A stretch of 64,000 bases of DNA from Candidatus Magasanikbacteria bacterium RIFOXYC2_FULL_42_28 (GTDB lineage Bacteria > Patescibacteriota > Patescibacteriia > Magasanikbacterales > GWA2-37-8): positions 3,022 through 67,021 of the forward strand of contig MFQZ01000003.1 of assembly GCA_001784435.1 (NCBI GenBank), read 5' to 3'. Shown here in pieces: positions 30,304 through 41,144 of this stretch (the first letter of the stretch is position 1; each line of letters opens with the position of its first letter). Position numbers and translations under genes: made by a program. The notes below the pieces were generated by a model that saw only the letters and a list, made by a program, of their open reading frames with translations, was not told the origin of the DNA and did no database searches.

Positions 30304-33300
30304 TTATTTCTTAAACCCTGTCCCCGCCGGAATCAACCGACCAATAATTACATTTTCTTTCAGGCCCTCCAAGTAATCAACTTTACCGGTAATAGCAGAA
30401 TTGATTAATACCTTGGCGGTTTCTTGGAAAGAAGCGGATGATAAGAAGCTTTGGGTGGACAACGACACGCGCGTAATACCCAAAAGCAACTCGCGCGCCA
30501 CCGCCAATTTGCCACCGGCTTTTTTGGCGCTACGATTGGCAAAATCCAATTGGGATTTTTCAATCACTTCGCCCGGCAATAAATCAGTGTCGCCGGCATC
30601 TTCCACATAGGCGCGGCTAAACATTTGCTTGATGAGCAATTCCACGTGCTTGTCATTAACTTTCTGGCCTTGACTGGAATAAATATTTTGCACTTCCTGC
30701 AAGACATAACGTTGCACTGCCGGTCGGCCTTTTAATTCAAATAATTCTTGCAAATAAATACTGCCGTTAGTCAAGGCCTGACCCTTTTCAACAACATCGC
30801 CATCTTTGGCATACAACTTATAACCCAACGGAATAATATATTCGCGAATTTTTGGTCCGTTATAGGAAAGGGTGAGATTATTTTTGACAATCTTCACCTG
30901 ACTTTCAAACTTGGCCGTCACTTCTTCGCCGGTTGATCCGCGCACGATAACGACCGCGTCTTTTGCCACCGTATCGCCATCTTTTACCAGCACTTCATCC
31001 TCGGCCGTATATTTAATTTTGGTTTCATCCATGCCTTCAAAATGGACTTTGGCAATTTTCTGACCGCGGCGGCCTTCGAAAATTTTCTTGCCGGTTGAGG
31101 AAGTGATAATTTTACCATCCGCGTCTTCAATTTCCACTTTACCGGCCACTTCGGACAATACGGCTTTGTGTTTCGGCGGACGATTTTCAAATAATTCTTC
31201 TACGCGTGGCAAACCCTGGGTAATATCGCCACCAGCCACACCACCGGCGTGGAAGGTGCGAAGCGTCAACTGCGTGCCTGGTTCACCCAATGACTGCGCG
31301 GCGATCACACCAACGGCCGTGCCAAATTCCACCGGCACGTTGTGGGCCAAATCATAACCATAACATTGACGACAAACACCTTTGGGTAATTTGCATTGCA
31401 AGACACTACGCACATGCACGGACGGCACTTTTTTATCTTCAATTACGCGCGCGGCTTTGTCAGTGATAACCTCGCCTTTTTTGACAATCACAACGCCATC
31501 GGCTTTGACATCAGTCAAAACATAACGATCCCAAACGCGGTCGGATAATTTTTCACCCATTTCTTTGGATTGTTCCACAGTGAAAATTTCGCCATCAGTG
31601 TCCCCGCAATCTTCTTCTAACACCACCACATCTTGCGCGACATCTACGAGACGTCGAGTTAAATAACCGGCGTTAGCAGTACGCAAGGCCGTATCAGACA
31701 AACCTTTACGCGTACCGTGGGAAGAAATAAAATATTCCAAAACATCAAAACCTTCTTTAAAGTTGCCTTTGACCGGCAATTCAATAATATCACCGCTTGG
31801 TGACACCACCAAACCCTTCATACCGATAACCTGACCTAACTGGCCCCAAGTACCGCGCGCGCCGGAATCAATCATGGCGAACACTGAACTGCTTTTGTCC
31901 AAAGTGGCTTGATTATTGGCGACGATTTTATCTTTAGCGCCGGTCCAAATTTCCAAAATTTTAGCGTGACGTTCGGTCTGGGTTAACAAACCATCACGGT
32001 ATTGTTCTTCACACAAAGTAATTTCCGCGTCCGCGTCTTTCAAAATCGCCGGTTTTTCTTTAATTTCCGGAAAGTCGGCAAAGCCCAACGAGTAGCCGGA
32101 TTTGGTAACATAACGGAAACCGAGATTTTTTAACTCATCCAAATATTTGGCAGTTTCCGGTTGGCCGTAATATTCTAAACAGTAGCGAATAATTTCGGCT
32201 AATTTTTTAACGTTGATGGTTTCGTTGTAATAGCGTAATTTGTCCGGCACGATTTCGTTAAAGAAAACGCGACCGACCGAGGTCTCAATAATCAAACTTT
32301 CGCTGTCCGTAAATTTATTGGCCGAAGCGGTCATACGCACTTTGATTTTTTCATGCAAAGTAATGGCGCGAGATTTGTAGGCCAACTTGGCTTCTTTTTC
32401 CGAACCAAACAATTTAGTCGCGGTACTTTTATCATTAACATTATAATTGGTAAGATAAAAACAACCAAGCGCGATGTCCTGTTTAGGAGTCGTTACCGGC
32501 TGACCGGTCGCGGGTTTTAAAAGATTTTTTTCCGCGGCCATTAAGTTATCGGCTTCCCAACGCGCTTCGGCCGTAAGTGGCAAATGAACCGCCATCTGGT
32601 CACCGTCAAAGTCAGCGTTAAAAGCGGTACAAACTAATGGGTGCAATTGAATGGCTTTGCCTTCAATCAAACGCGGGTGAAAGGCCTGGATACCCAGGCG
32701 GTGCAAAGTAGGAGCGCGATTTAAAAACACGCGCGTGGTTTTGGTTAAATTTTCCAAAATATCCCAAACCTCGTCGTGTTCACTTTCAATATAGCGACCG
32801 GCACTGCGCACATTGTGCGCGAGTTCGCGCTTAATAATTTCACCCATGATAAACGGCTTGAACAATTCCAACGCCATGCGTTTGGGCAAACCACATTCAT
32901 CAATATTCAAAGTCGGACCAACGACGATTACGGAACGGCCGGAATAGTCCACGCGCTTGCCCAATAAATTTTGGCGGAAACGCCCTTGTTTGCCTTTCAA
33001 AATGTCGGCGAGCGAACGCAGTTGGCGTTTTTGACCGGTCGCGGCCAAAACTGTTTTAGAATGACGAGCGTTGTTGTCGATGAGCGCGTCCACCGCTTCT
33101 TGCAACATGCGTTTTTCGTTGCGGCAAATAACTTCCGGCGCGTCTAATTCCAATAACCGACGCAAACGATTGTTGCGGTTAATAACCCGACGATATAAAT
33201 CATTTAAATCCGAAGTGGCAAACCGACCGCCGTCCAAAGCCACCATCGGGCGTAAATCCGGCGGAATCACCGGAATCGCTTTCAAAATTGCCCATTCGGG

Positions 33301-34182
33301 ACGAACACCGTTGACATGTAAACTTTTCAATAATTTTTTACGGCGAATCAACCGTTCCAATTTAGCGCCTTTCGCGCTAATTTGGCTTTCGGTAATTTGT
33401 TTAATGGTTTCTTCCAAATTCACGCGCGCGAGCAAATTATAAACTGCTTCCGCGCCAATACTGGCCTCAAACAAATGACCAAAACGCAAAGACATCTCCT
33501 GATAGCGATTTTCCGAAATCACGCGCATCACTTGTAAGTCCTTCAACTCGCGATCAGCGGCTTGAAAATCTTCATCTAATGCTTCTATTTTTCTCTCGGA
33601 TTCTTTCACGATTTCGTCAATGGCGGCCTTGCCCAATTTTTCATTATTGGCTTTGGCAATTCCTTCTTCGCGCTCGCGGTCAATTTGTTTGCGTTTGGAT
33701 TTATATTCTTGACGCAATTGATCAGATGCTTGCTTTTTTCCTTCTTCATTAACCGAGTTGATAATAAAAGCGGCAAAGTAAACTACTTTTTCTAGCGACT
33801 GCATCGTCAAATCCAAAATCAAACCAATCTTGGACGGCACGGAACGTAAAAACCAAATATGCGTAACCGGCGCGGCCAAATCAATGTGGCCCATGCGTTC
33901 GCGACGCACGAGCGAGGTGGTAACTTCCACGCCACACTTATCGCAAACAATTCCTTTGTAGCGAATTTTTTTGTATTTACCACAATAACATTCCCAATCC
34001 TTGGTCGGGCCAAAAATTTCTTCGGCAAACAAACCGCCTTTTTCCGGTTTTTGCGTACGGTAATTAATTGTTTCCGGTTTGTTAACCTCGCCAAATGACC
34101 AACCCCTAATAACCTCGGGAGAAGCCAAGCGCAGGCGAATGGCGTCAAAGTCAACATGACGGACAGAATCGCGAGTAATCAT
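30304..34182 (-). CDS. rpoC: RNA polymerase beta' subunit
   Basis: NADFDGDQM catalytic motif; Zn finger ECYCGKYK; GEPGTQLT. Confidence 0.99.
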   Translation of the reverse strand: MITRDSVRHVDFDAIRLRLASPEVIRGWSFGEVNKPETINYRTQKPEKGGLFAEEIFGPTKDWECYCGKYKKIRYKGIVCDKCGVEVTTSLVRRERMGHIDLAAPVTHIWFLRSVPSKIGLILDLTMQSLEKVVYFAAFIINSVNEEGKKQASDQLRQEYKSKRKQIDREREEGIAKANNEKLGKAAIDEIVKESERKIEALDEDFQAADRELKDLQVMRVISENRYQEMSLRFGHLFEASIGAEAVYNLLARVNLEETIKQITESQISAKGAKLERLIRRKKLLKSLHVNGVRPEWAILKAIPVIPPDLRPMVALDGGRFATSDLNDLYRRVINRNNRLRRLLELDAPEVICRNEKRMLQEAVDALIDNNARHSKTVLAATGQKRQLRSLADILKGKQGRFRQNLLGKRVDYSGRSVIVVGPTLNIDECGLPKRMALELFKPFIMGEIIKRELAHNVRSAGRYIESEHDEVWDILENLTKTTRVFLNRAPTLHRLGIQAFHPRLIEGKAIQLHPLVCTAFNADFDGDQMAVHLPLTAEARWEADNLMAAEKNLLKPATGQPVTTPKQDIALGCFYLTNYNVNDKSTATKLFGSEKEAKLAYKSRAITLHEKIKVRMTASANKFTDSESLIIETSVGRVFFNEIVPDKLRYYNETINVKKLAEIIRYCLEYYGQPETAKYLDELKNLGFRYVTKSGYSLGFADFPEIKEKPAILKDADAEITLCEEQYRDGLLTQTERHAKILEIWTGAKDKIVANNQATLDKSSSVFAMIDSGARGTWGQLGQVIGMKGLVVSPSGDIIELPVKGNFKEGFDVLEYFISSHGTRKGLSDTALRTANAGYLTRRLVDVAQDVVVLEEDCGDTDGEIFTVEQSKEMGEKLSDRVWDRYVLTDVKADGVVIVKKGEVITDKAARVIEDKKVPSVHVRSVLQCKLPKGVCRQCYGYDLAHNVPVEFGTAVGVIAAQSLGEPGTQLTLRTFHAGGVAGGDITQGLPRVEELFENRPPKHKAVLSEVAGKVEIEDADGKIITSSTGKKIFEGRRGQKIAKVHFEGMDETKIKYTAEDEVLVKDGDTVAKDAVVIVRGSTGEEVTAKFESQVKIVKNNLTLSYNGPKIREYIIPLGYKLYAKDGDVVEKGQALTNGSIYLQELFELKGRPAVQRYVLQEVQNIYSSQGQKVNDKHVELLIKQMFSRAYVEDAGDTDLLPGEVIEKSQLDFANRSAKKAGGKLAVARELLLGITRVSLSTQSFLSSASFQETAKVLINSAITGKVDYLEGLKENVIIGRLIPAGTGFKK

Positions 34183-34223
34183 ATTAAAATCAAAATTTAA
34201 AAATCAAAAATCAAAATTAACAA

Positions 34224-37200
34224 TTAATCTTTCTTCAATTCTTTATTGGGCACTTCAATCGTGTTACTCGCGACCTCTCCTTCTTCCTTCTTATTTTCCG
34301 CGTCCACTTCAGCCACCGGGCGATATTCGCCGGATTCACTTCTCTTCAACAATTCTACTTCCATACCGAGACCTTTAATTTCACGCACCAAAACATTAAA
34401 AGATTCCGGAATGTTCACGCGCGTGATTGGCTCACCTTTAATAATGGCCTCATACGCTTTGGAACGACCTGGAACATCATCGGATTTAATGGTTAAAATT
34501 TCTTGCAAGGTATGCGCGGCGCCATAGGCCTCCAAAGCCCAAACTTCCATTTCACCAAATCTCTGACCACCAAATTGCGCTTTACCACCCAAAGGTTGCT
34601 GGGTAATCAAACTATATGGACCAATAGAGCGTTGGTGGATTTTATCTTCCACCATGTGGTTCAATTTCAACATGTAGTTGTAACCAACCGTCACTTTATT
34701 ATCAAACGGTTCGCCGGTGCGACCATCGCACAGCGTCATCTGACCATGAGCGGGAAAACCGGCTTTTAACAATTCATTACGAATCTGTTCTTCGGTCAAA
34801 CCATTTAACACCGGTGTCGCCACTTTGTAGCCCAAAGCATTAGCGGCCAAACCAAGATGCGTTTCCAAAATCTGCCCCAAGTTCATACGAGAAATAACGC
34901 CCAAGGGAGACAAAATAATATCAACTGGCGTGCCATCTTCCAAAAACGGCATGTCCGAGCGAGGCACCACGCGTGAAATTACACCTTTGTTACCGTGGCG
35001 ACCGGCCATTTTGTCACCGACCTGAATTTTGCGCATGTCAGCCACTGTCACCTGTACTTGTTTAATTACGCCCGGTTCTAATTTATCACCATTTTCTTCT
35101 GAGAAAATTCGGATGTCAATAACTTTACCGTGTTCGCCATGCTCCAAATACAAAGATGAATCACGCACGTCGCGCGCTTTTTCACCAAAGATGGCGCGCA
35201 ATAATCTTTCTTCCGCGGATAATTCGGTTTCGCCTTTCGGGGTAATTTTACCAACTAAAATATCGCCGGATTTAACTTCGGCGCCTACTCTAACTATACC
35301 CTCACTGTCCAAATTTTTCAACTTCTCTTCGCTGACATTCGGAATGTCATTCGTGATAACTTCCGGACCCAATTTTGTTTCACGAACATCAATAATATAA
35401 TTTTCAATATGAATGGAGGTGAAACGATCGCGTTGCACCAAGCGTTCATTCAAAATAATCGCGTCTTCATAATTGAAACCGTCCCACACCATGTAAGCCA
35501 CTAAAACATTTTGACCCAAAGCCAATTCACCATCCTGAATTGATGGCCCATCGGTCAAGGGCTGGCCTTTTTTCACTTTCTCGCCTACCTCCACGGTCGG
35601 ATGTTGATTGATACAAGTGGCGGCATTGGAACGGTGAAATTTATTTAATTTATAAGTATAAGAATTTCCTTTTTTGCCTTTTAAAATAATTTTGCCACCA
35701 TCCATTTCGGCAATTTCGCCGTCTTCGTCGGCCAAAAACATATGGCCGGAATTGCGCGCCGCGTCTACTTCTACGCCCGTGCCCACAAGCGGCGCATCCG
35801 GAGAAATACACGGCACGGCCTGACGTTGCATGTTGGTGCCCATGAGAGCGCGAGTGGCGTCGTCGTGTTCCAAAAATGGAATACACGCGGTCGCTACGCT
35901 CACAACTTGATAAGAGCAAACATCAACATAATCCAATTCTGAAGTGTTGGAAACGCTCGGCTTGCTGTAAACGCGCGCCGGCACATTACCATCGATAAAA
36001 TATCCTTTTTCATCAACGCGAACTTTCGCGGAAGTGGTAATTACTTTTTCTTCCTTAAAAGCGGAAAGGTATGATACCTCGTTCGTCAAACGCGGTTTTA
36101 CTTTGATAATTTTTTCTTTGGAAGCGGATAATTTTTTAGCAATTTCTTTCGTAATCAAAGTGCCATCTTTCACGCCGGCCGTATCTTCGCGTAAAATTTC
36201 CCCTTCAGTCAATTCCGGTTTGTTATCAACTTGGCGCAAAACTTTGCGGTAAGGGGTTTCAATAAAACCAAACTCATTGATACGAGCGTAGGAAGACAGA
36301 TGGTTCACAAGACCGATGTTCGGACCTTCGGGAGTGGCAATCGGACAGATGCGACCATAGTGAGTGGTGTGCACATCGCGCACTTCAAAGCCAGCTCGAT
36401 CGCGCGATAAACCGCCGGGACCAAGCGCAGACAAGCGACGTTTGTGTTCCAATTCGGACAGCGGATTGTGCTGATCCATGAACTGGGACATTTGCGAACT
36501 CATGAAAAATTCGCGCACCGCCGACACTACCGGCCGGGCGTTCACCAAACGATTCGGTGTCACCTCTTCTATATTATAAGTACTCATCCGGTCTTTGATG
36601 ATGCGCTCCATGCGCGCCAAGCCAACGCGGAAACGATTCTGTACCAGCTCGCCCACCGCGCGCACACGGCGATTGCCCAAGTGATCTACATCATCAGGAT
36701 CTTCTTGCGTAACATTCAAACGGATCACTTCGCTGATTACCGCGGCTAATTTTTCTTTGGACAACACGCGATTTTCTTTTTTGTCATAATCTTCGCTGGA
36801 GCTCGCGATGTCAAATTTATTGTTGAATTTATAAATACCAACGCGACCTAAATCATAACGGTCAAAATTGAAAAACATCGCTTCCACCAAACTCTTGGCG
36901 TTGTCGGCCGTAGCCAAATCGCCCGGACGAATGCGTTTATAAACTTCCACAAAGCCCTCATCGCGATTGGTCGCCAAATCCTTTTTCAAAGTGGCGTCAA
37001 TGTAATCAATTTGCGGATGATTATTTACTTTTTTGAAAAGTTCAATAATTTCTTCGTTGGACTCGCAACCAAAAGCGCGCAAAAGCGAGGTAACCGCGAC
37101 TTTGCGTTTGCGATCTACTTTTACCCAAATAGCGTTGTTTAAATCCGTTTCAATTTCCAGCCACGCGCCACGATTTGGAATAATTTTAGCGCCATAATAA

Positions 37201-37667
37201 TTGCGTCCGCGCACATTTTCCGCGGTGAAAAAAGCGCCGGCACTGCGGATTAGCTGGGACACGACCGCGCGTTCAATGCCGTTCACAATAAACGTACCAC
37301 GGTTGGTCATGATGGGGATATCGCCCAAATAAATTTCTTGCGATTTGCTTACGTTGGTTTTTTTATTTACCAAACGCGCGGTTATGCGCAGGGGCGCTTC
37401 AAAAGTGGTGTTGCGCTCGCGACAAACATCTTCTTCAAAACGCGGTTCATCTAAAAAATAATTTTCAAAATATAATTCCAAGTCGCGACCGGAAAAATCC
37501 GTAATCGGTGAGACCTCATCAAACAATTCTTTAATACCATTTTTTAAAAACCAAGCGTACGAATCAGTTTGAATTTCTATTAAATTTGGTAGCGGCGCGT
37601 AATTTTTTTCATCAGTAAAATATTTGCGCTCGCGAGTTTTAAGAGGTTGGCGTTTGAAGGTAGGCAT
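34224..37667 (-). CDS. rpoB: RNA polymerase beta subunit
   Basis: GDKMAGRHGNKG; GGQRFGEMEVWALEAYGAA. Confidence 0.99.
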   Translation of the reverse strand: MPTFKRQPLKTRERKYFTDEKNYAPLPNLIEIQTDSYAWFLKNGIKELFDEVSPITDFSGRDLELYFENYFLDEPRFEEDVCRERNTTFEAPLRITARLVNKKTNVSKSQEIYLGDIPIMTNRGTFIVNGIERAVVSQLIRSAGAFFTAENVRGRNYYGAKIIPNRGAWLEIETDLNNAIWVKVDRKRKVAVTSLLRAFGCESNEEIIELFKKVNNHPQIDYIDATLKKDLATNRDEGFVEVYKRIRPGDLATADNAKSLVEAMFFNFDRYDLGRVGIYKFNNKFDIASSSEDYDKKENRVLSKEKLAAVISEVIRLNVTQEDPDDVDHLGNRRVRAVGELVQNRFRVGLARMERIIKDRMSTYNIEEVTPNRLVNARPVVSAVREFFMSSQMSQFMDQHNPLSELEHKRRLSALGPGGLSRDRAGFEVRDVHTTHYGRICPIATPEGPNIGLVNHLSSYARINEFGFIETPYRKVLRQVDNKPELTEGEILREDTAGVKDGTLITKEIAKKLSASKEKIIKVKPRLTNEVSYLSAFKEEKVITTSAKVRVDEKGYFIDGNVPARVYSKPSVSNTSELDYVDVCSYQVVSVATACIPFLEHDDATRALMGTNMQRQAVPCISPDAPLVGTGVEVDAARNSGHMFLADEDGEIAEMDGGKIILKGKKGNSYTYKLNKFHRSNAATCINQHPTVEVGEKVKKGQPLTDGPSIQDGELALGQNVLVAYMVWDGFNYEDAIILNERLVQRDRFTSIHIENYIIDVRETKLGPEVITNDIPNVSEEKLKNLDSEGIVRVGAEVKSGDILVGKITPKGETELSAEERLLRAIFGEKARDVRDSSLYLEHGEHGKVIDIRIFSEENGDKLEPGVIKQVQVTVADMRKIQVGDKMAGRHGNKGVISRVVPRSDMPFLEDGTPVDIILSPLGVISRMNLGQILETHLGLAANALGYKVATPVLNGLTEEQIRNELLKAGFPAHGQMTLCDGRTGEPFDNKVTVGYNYMLKLNHMVEDKIHQRSIGPYSLITQQPLGGKAQFGGQRFGEMEVWALEAYGAAHTLQEILTIKSDDVPGRSKAYEAIIKGEPITRVNIPESFNVLVREIKGLGMEVELLKRSESGEYRPVAEVDAENKKEEGEVASNTIEVPNKELKKD

Positions 37668-38059
37668 AATAAAAATTCAAAATTTAAATATCAAAATGAA
37701 AAATTATTGTAATTGTCGCCACGAACTAGTTTACAGGGTGCAACATGTCGCGGAAAGTTTACAGGGCGTAGCGTAGCGAAGCCCTGAAATATAGGTAAAC
37801 CATATTTGCTTCGCTCGCTCGGAATTAAAAATAAATTTTTACTTCTCTCACTCTACTCGCAAATAAAAAAAGGGCCAACAAAATAGGGGCTTTTTGAGTT
37901 TTTCCTTATAAATTGGCCAAAATCCGCAAGGTTGACATGAAGATTATTTTATGTCCTTGCACGCCGCTCTCCCCACCAAACCGATGAGGGAGGGTAGCAT
38001 TTTTTGCTTAATTGAGCGAAAAAACAGCTAATCTTTTCCTCTCAATCAATAGTGAATAC

Positions 38060-38098
38060 ATTTTATACTATTTGTCAAGAAATGTCAACTGTGGATAA
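38060..38098 (-). promoter_or_regulatory. Probable rpoBC promoter with an adjacent DnaA-type box
   Basis: TTGACA (38083-88)-17 bp-TAAAAT (38060-65); TTATCCACA at 38090-38098; implies a ~385-nt leader. Confidence 0.6.
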
Positions 38099-38103
38099 GT
38101 ATC

Positions 38104-38475
38104 CTATGCATGAGGCAACTTATCAATAATCTTAATAAAATCCTTCTTGTCCACCAAACTGATTTTCCCAGCCAAACGTGCGCGCTCCACCTCTTCTTTC
38201 ATCCGTAAACGCAAACTACGGCCAAAACCAGTGCCAGCAGGCAACAATTTAGCGTGTTTAGTAATTAAATCAACAATAAACTGACGATTGGCCGGCGAAA
38301 TATTAGCAAATGTTTCATGCCGTAAAGCATACATCTGTTCGGCAATTTTGTGTTCAATGCCATAACGCCCGGAACGCAACTGGTTATTGCCGGTTTTAAT
38401 GTTTAGTTTGTAGGGGTCCGGTTTTGGGTCTGCTTTCGGATCTAATTTTGGTTTTGGGGTGCTAAAGGGCCACAT
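38104..38475 (-). CDS. Hypothetical basic protein
   Basis: 123-aa ORF with ATG start, co-oriented in an operon. Confidence 0.6.
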   Translation of the reverse strand: MWPFSTPKPKLDPKADPKPDPYKLNIKTGNNQLRSGRYGIEHKIAEQMYALRHETFANISPANRQFIVDLITKHAKLLPAGTGFGRSLRLRMKEEVERARLAGKISLVDKKDFIKIIDKLPHA

Positions 38476-38479
38476 AAAA

Positions 38480-39535
38480 TTATTTAATACTATTTAAAAT
38501 TTTATCAAAAGCCACGGCGGCCTCCATATCCGACATTTGTTCAGGTGGTGATTTCATTAAAAACGGGCAGACACGGGAGGCTTCTTTTTGCCGGCCGCTA
38601 TCAACTAACAATTTTGCCACGCGAATAGCGTCCACCACCGTGCCGGCACCATTGATACTAATTTCATCTTCGATAACTGAAGTAATAGAAATAGGCGCGC
38701 GCCCGAATATCTCACCTTCAATTTTTAAATTAACAATCTTGTGGCCGGAGGGTTCACCGGTATAGTGAAATGTTACGGTTGGTTTAGCATCATCAGTATC
38801 TAAAAACTTGGTTAGGGCCTCGCGTTTGGATTTTTCTTTGGTTTGCGCGCGATAAAGCAAATTGTAATGGTCGGTATTGCCACCGCGATTCTCTTGTTCG
38901 GATTTAGTAACTTTTATTCCACGCATTTTAAGAAGTGATAATAAAAATCGATTTAACATGGTCGCGCCCAATTGACTCTTGGTATCATCGCCCAAAAGCA
39001 CCAACTTTTTATTTTCAAATTTAGCGCGCCATTTTGGAATCGTTACCAGTGGAGTAGGGATACAATTTATAAAACTACAACCCGCCTCTACGGCGGCTTC
39101 GGCATAAAAATACGTCACTTGGTCACTCCCGGTTGGAGCCAAATTAACCACAATATCGGTTTTGGAATTTTTTAAAATTTTCACGATATTCGCGACCGGC
39201 GATTCACTTTCAATCACAAAAGACCCTTTCATCTCATCAACCACACCGTCCAAGGTCGGCCCACGATGTACTACCGCGTCATATACCAAGGGATCGGCAA
39301 TTTTTTTAGTAACATTGGCACCGGCATAAATCGCCTCATGTAATTTTTTGCCAACTTTACGTTCGTCTACGTCAAAAGCCGCGACAAAATTAATGTCGGC
39401 CACGCGATACTTACCAATCAAAGGATGCGCGAGGCCAGTTATATCCTTTGGATTTTTGGTATAAAAAGCCACACCTTCAACTAACGCTTTGGTAAAACTA
39501 CCTACTCCGATAATCGCGACATTAATTTTTTTCAT
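38480..39535 (-). CDS. Divergent myo-inositol-1-phosphate synthase family protein
   Basis: INVAIIGVG, FVAAFDVDERKVG, SFINCIP, LGDDTKSQLGAT. Confidence 0.82.
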   Translation of the reverse strand: MKKINVAIIGVGSFTKALVEGVAFYTKNPKDITGLAHPLIGKYRVADINFVAAFDVDERKVGKKLHEAIYAGANVTKKIADPLVYDAVVHRGPTLDGVVDEMKGSFVIESESPVANIVKILKNSKTDIVVNLAPTGSDQVTYFYAEAAVEAGCSFINCIPTPLVTIPKWRAKFENKKLVLLGDDTKSQLGATMLNRFLLSLLKMRGIKVTKSEQENRGGNTDHYNLLYRAQTKEKSKREALTKFLDTDDAKPTVTFHYTGEPSGHKIVNLKIEGEIFGRAPISITSVIEDEISINGAGTVVDAIRVAKLLVDSGRQKEASRVCPFLMKSPPEQMSDMEAAVAFDKILNSIK

Positions 39536-39547
39536 AAACCAAAATAA

Positions 39548-40414
39548 TTATTTAATTACTTTTACCACAAAACGGTAATGGTGTTCGGGAACAGTTTTTT
39601 GGTCCCGTCCTAAATCAGTACAATCCACCAACTCCAATCCCTTTTCCGCAAAAACCTTACGCCAACCGTCCGGCGAATTAAAATTATACGGACAATTTAC
39701 CTTATCATGCAAAACACGATTATAAAACCAATCCAAAAATGTCTGCAGTTTGCGGTCTTGTTCCGATGTATAAACCGACTCAATCAAAATAATATTACCG
39801 TTATCATCAGTTACTCTAATGGCTTCGTCTAAAACTTTTTCCGGCTCATCACAATGGTGAAGCACGGTCAATAATAATGTGGTATCAGCAGAATTGTCCG
39901 GCCGAGGCAATTCTGTGCCGTTATATTCTACTAACGGCAAATCTGTCTTGTTGTAATCAATAACATCTAATAAAATTACCTCTTTACCTTGGCGGTCATG
40001 TATGGCCTCACCAACCTTGCCATCGCCAGCACCAACGTCATAAACCACATCACCAACGACAAAATCTTTTATTTGGCCAAATATCTTTTCCGCGCGGTCA
40101 ATTAATTTTTCAGCAATCTTTTCATTTAAACCGGCTTCACTCAATAATAATTTCAGTGACGTTTCTAATTGAACATCATCTGGCGCTTCTTCTCCGATTT
40201 TAATAATTTGTTCAACCAAATCTTGAGATTTATCATCATCAAGCCCTAAATGATCAAATAAATCTATCAAAAGCGAGCAAACATTCCCAACTACTTCTTT
40301 ATCTTTAAAAACATCCTTTGGGGTGTATTTGTTTGAAGGAATTAAATGTTTATATTCAGGACCTGGTTCAACACGTAAACCAGTATCACCGGCAAATGGT
40401 TTGGTTGCAGACAT
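39548..40414 (-). CDS. Class I SAM-dependent methyltransferase
   Basis: VYDVGAGDG; LTVLHHCDEPEKVLDEAIRV. Confidence 0.85.
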   Translation of the reverse strand: MSATKPFAGDTGLRVEPGPEYKHLIPSNKYTPKDVFKDKEVVGNVCSLLIDLFDHLGLDDDKSQDLVEQIIKIGEEAPDDVQLETSLKLLLSEAGLNEKIAEKLIDRAEKIFGQIKDFVVGDVVYDVGAGDGKVGEAIHDRQGKEVILLDVIDYNKTDLPLVEYNGTELPRPDNSADTTLLLTVLHHCDEPEKVLDEAIRVTDDNGNIILIESVYTSEQDRKLQTFLDWFYNRVLHDKVNCPYNFNSPDGWRKVFAEKGLELVDCTDLGRDQKTVPEHHYRFVVKVIK

Positions 40415-40518
40415 AAATGAAAAAGGTTAAATTTTACTATATATATACTACCTTATTGGAAGAAAACAATCAACTGGCTCACTAACAAAAAACCGGCCAA
40501 TCGGCGCGGTTTTTTGAT

Positions 40519-40604
40519 TGGTGGTCCGAGTGGGAATCGAACCCACATGCCTTTTGAGCATGACATTTTAAGTGTCACGTGTATACCAGTTCCACCATCG
40601 GACC
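40519..40604 (-). tRNA. tRNA-Leu(TAA), CCA encoded
   Basis: Acceptor GGTCCGA/TCGGACC plus ACCA; anticodon arm TGACA-CTTAAAA-TGTCA; variable arm; GGTTCGATTCC. Confidence 0.93.
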
Positions 40605-40607
40605 ATT

Positions 40608-41081
40608 TTAACCTCTTTTTTTATTTCTACCACGGTGAGTGGATTTTAAACTATGGCAATTTGGACACAAAACTCGTAAATTTTCCAATCGATTGTCGTG
40701 TCTATCTCCATTTATATGATCCAACTCTACCGGGATCCGACCGTCAATTGCTTTTTGCGCCCAACCACATTCTTCGCAAGCCGGTTTTTTTATTTTCACC
40801 GCGAATAATCTCTTCTTTAATTTAAAACTCTGAAAACGACTTCCTGAAACTAAAATACTCTCAAGAGAGAAAAGTGGTTCTCGAGGAACCTTTTTTCCCT
40901 TGCTCCAACCCATACCGGTAAAGTGCGCATTATCCAATTTCAAATCAGCGATATAATTCTTAACCTGCTCATAATTACCGCCCGCTTCGACTAACCCTAA
41001 TTTGCCAATGACCTGCCGAATACTAGTGGAATTTTTTACTGCTTTTTGTAATTGCTCAATTGTCCATTTTCTTTTTCTCAT
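40608..41081 (-). CDS. HNH endonuclease
   Basis: CEECG...ELDHINGDRHDNRLENLRVLCPNCHS. Confidence 0.9.
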   Translation of the reverse strand: MRKRKWTIEQLQKAVKNSTSIRQVIGKLGLVEAGGNYEQVKNYIADLKLDNAHFTGMGWSKGKKVPREPLFSLESILVSGSRFQSFKLKKRLFAVKIKKPACEECGWAQKAIDGRIPVELDHINGDRHDNRLENLRVLCPNCHSLKSTHRGRNKKRG

Positions 41082-41144
41082 ATGTTACCCATTATAACAT
41101 ATGGTAGACAAATAAGCAATAGCATTCCTTTTGCTCTACCAAAA

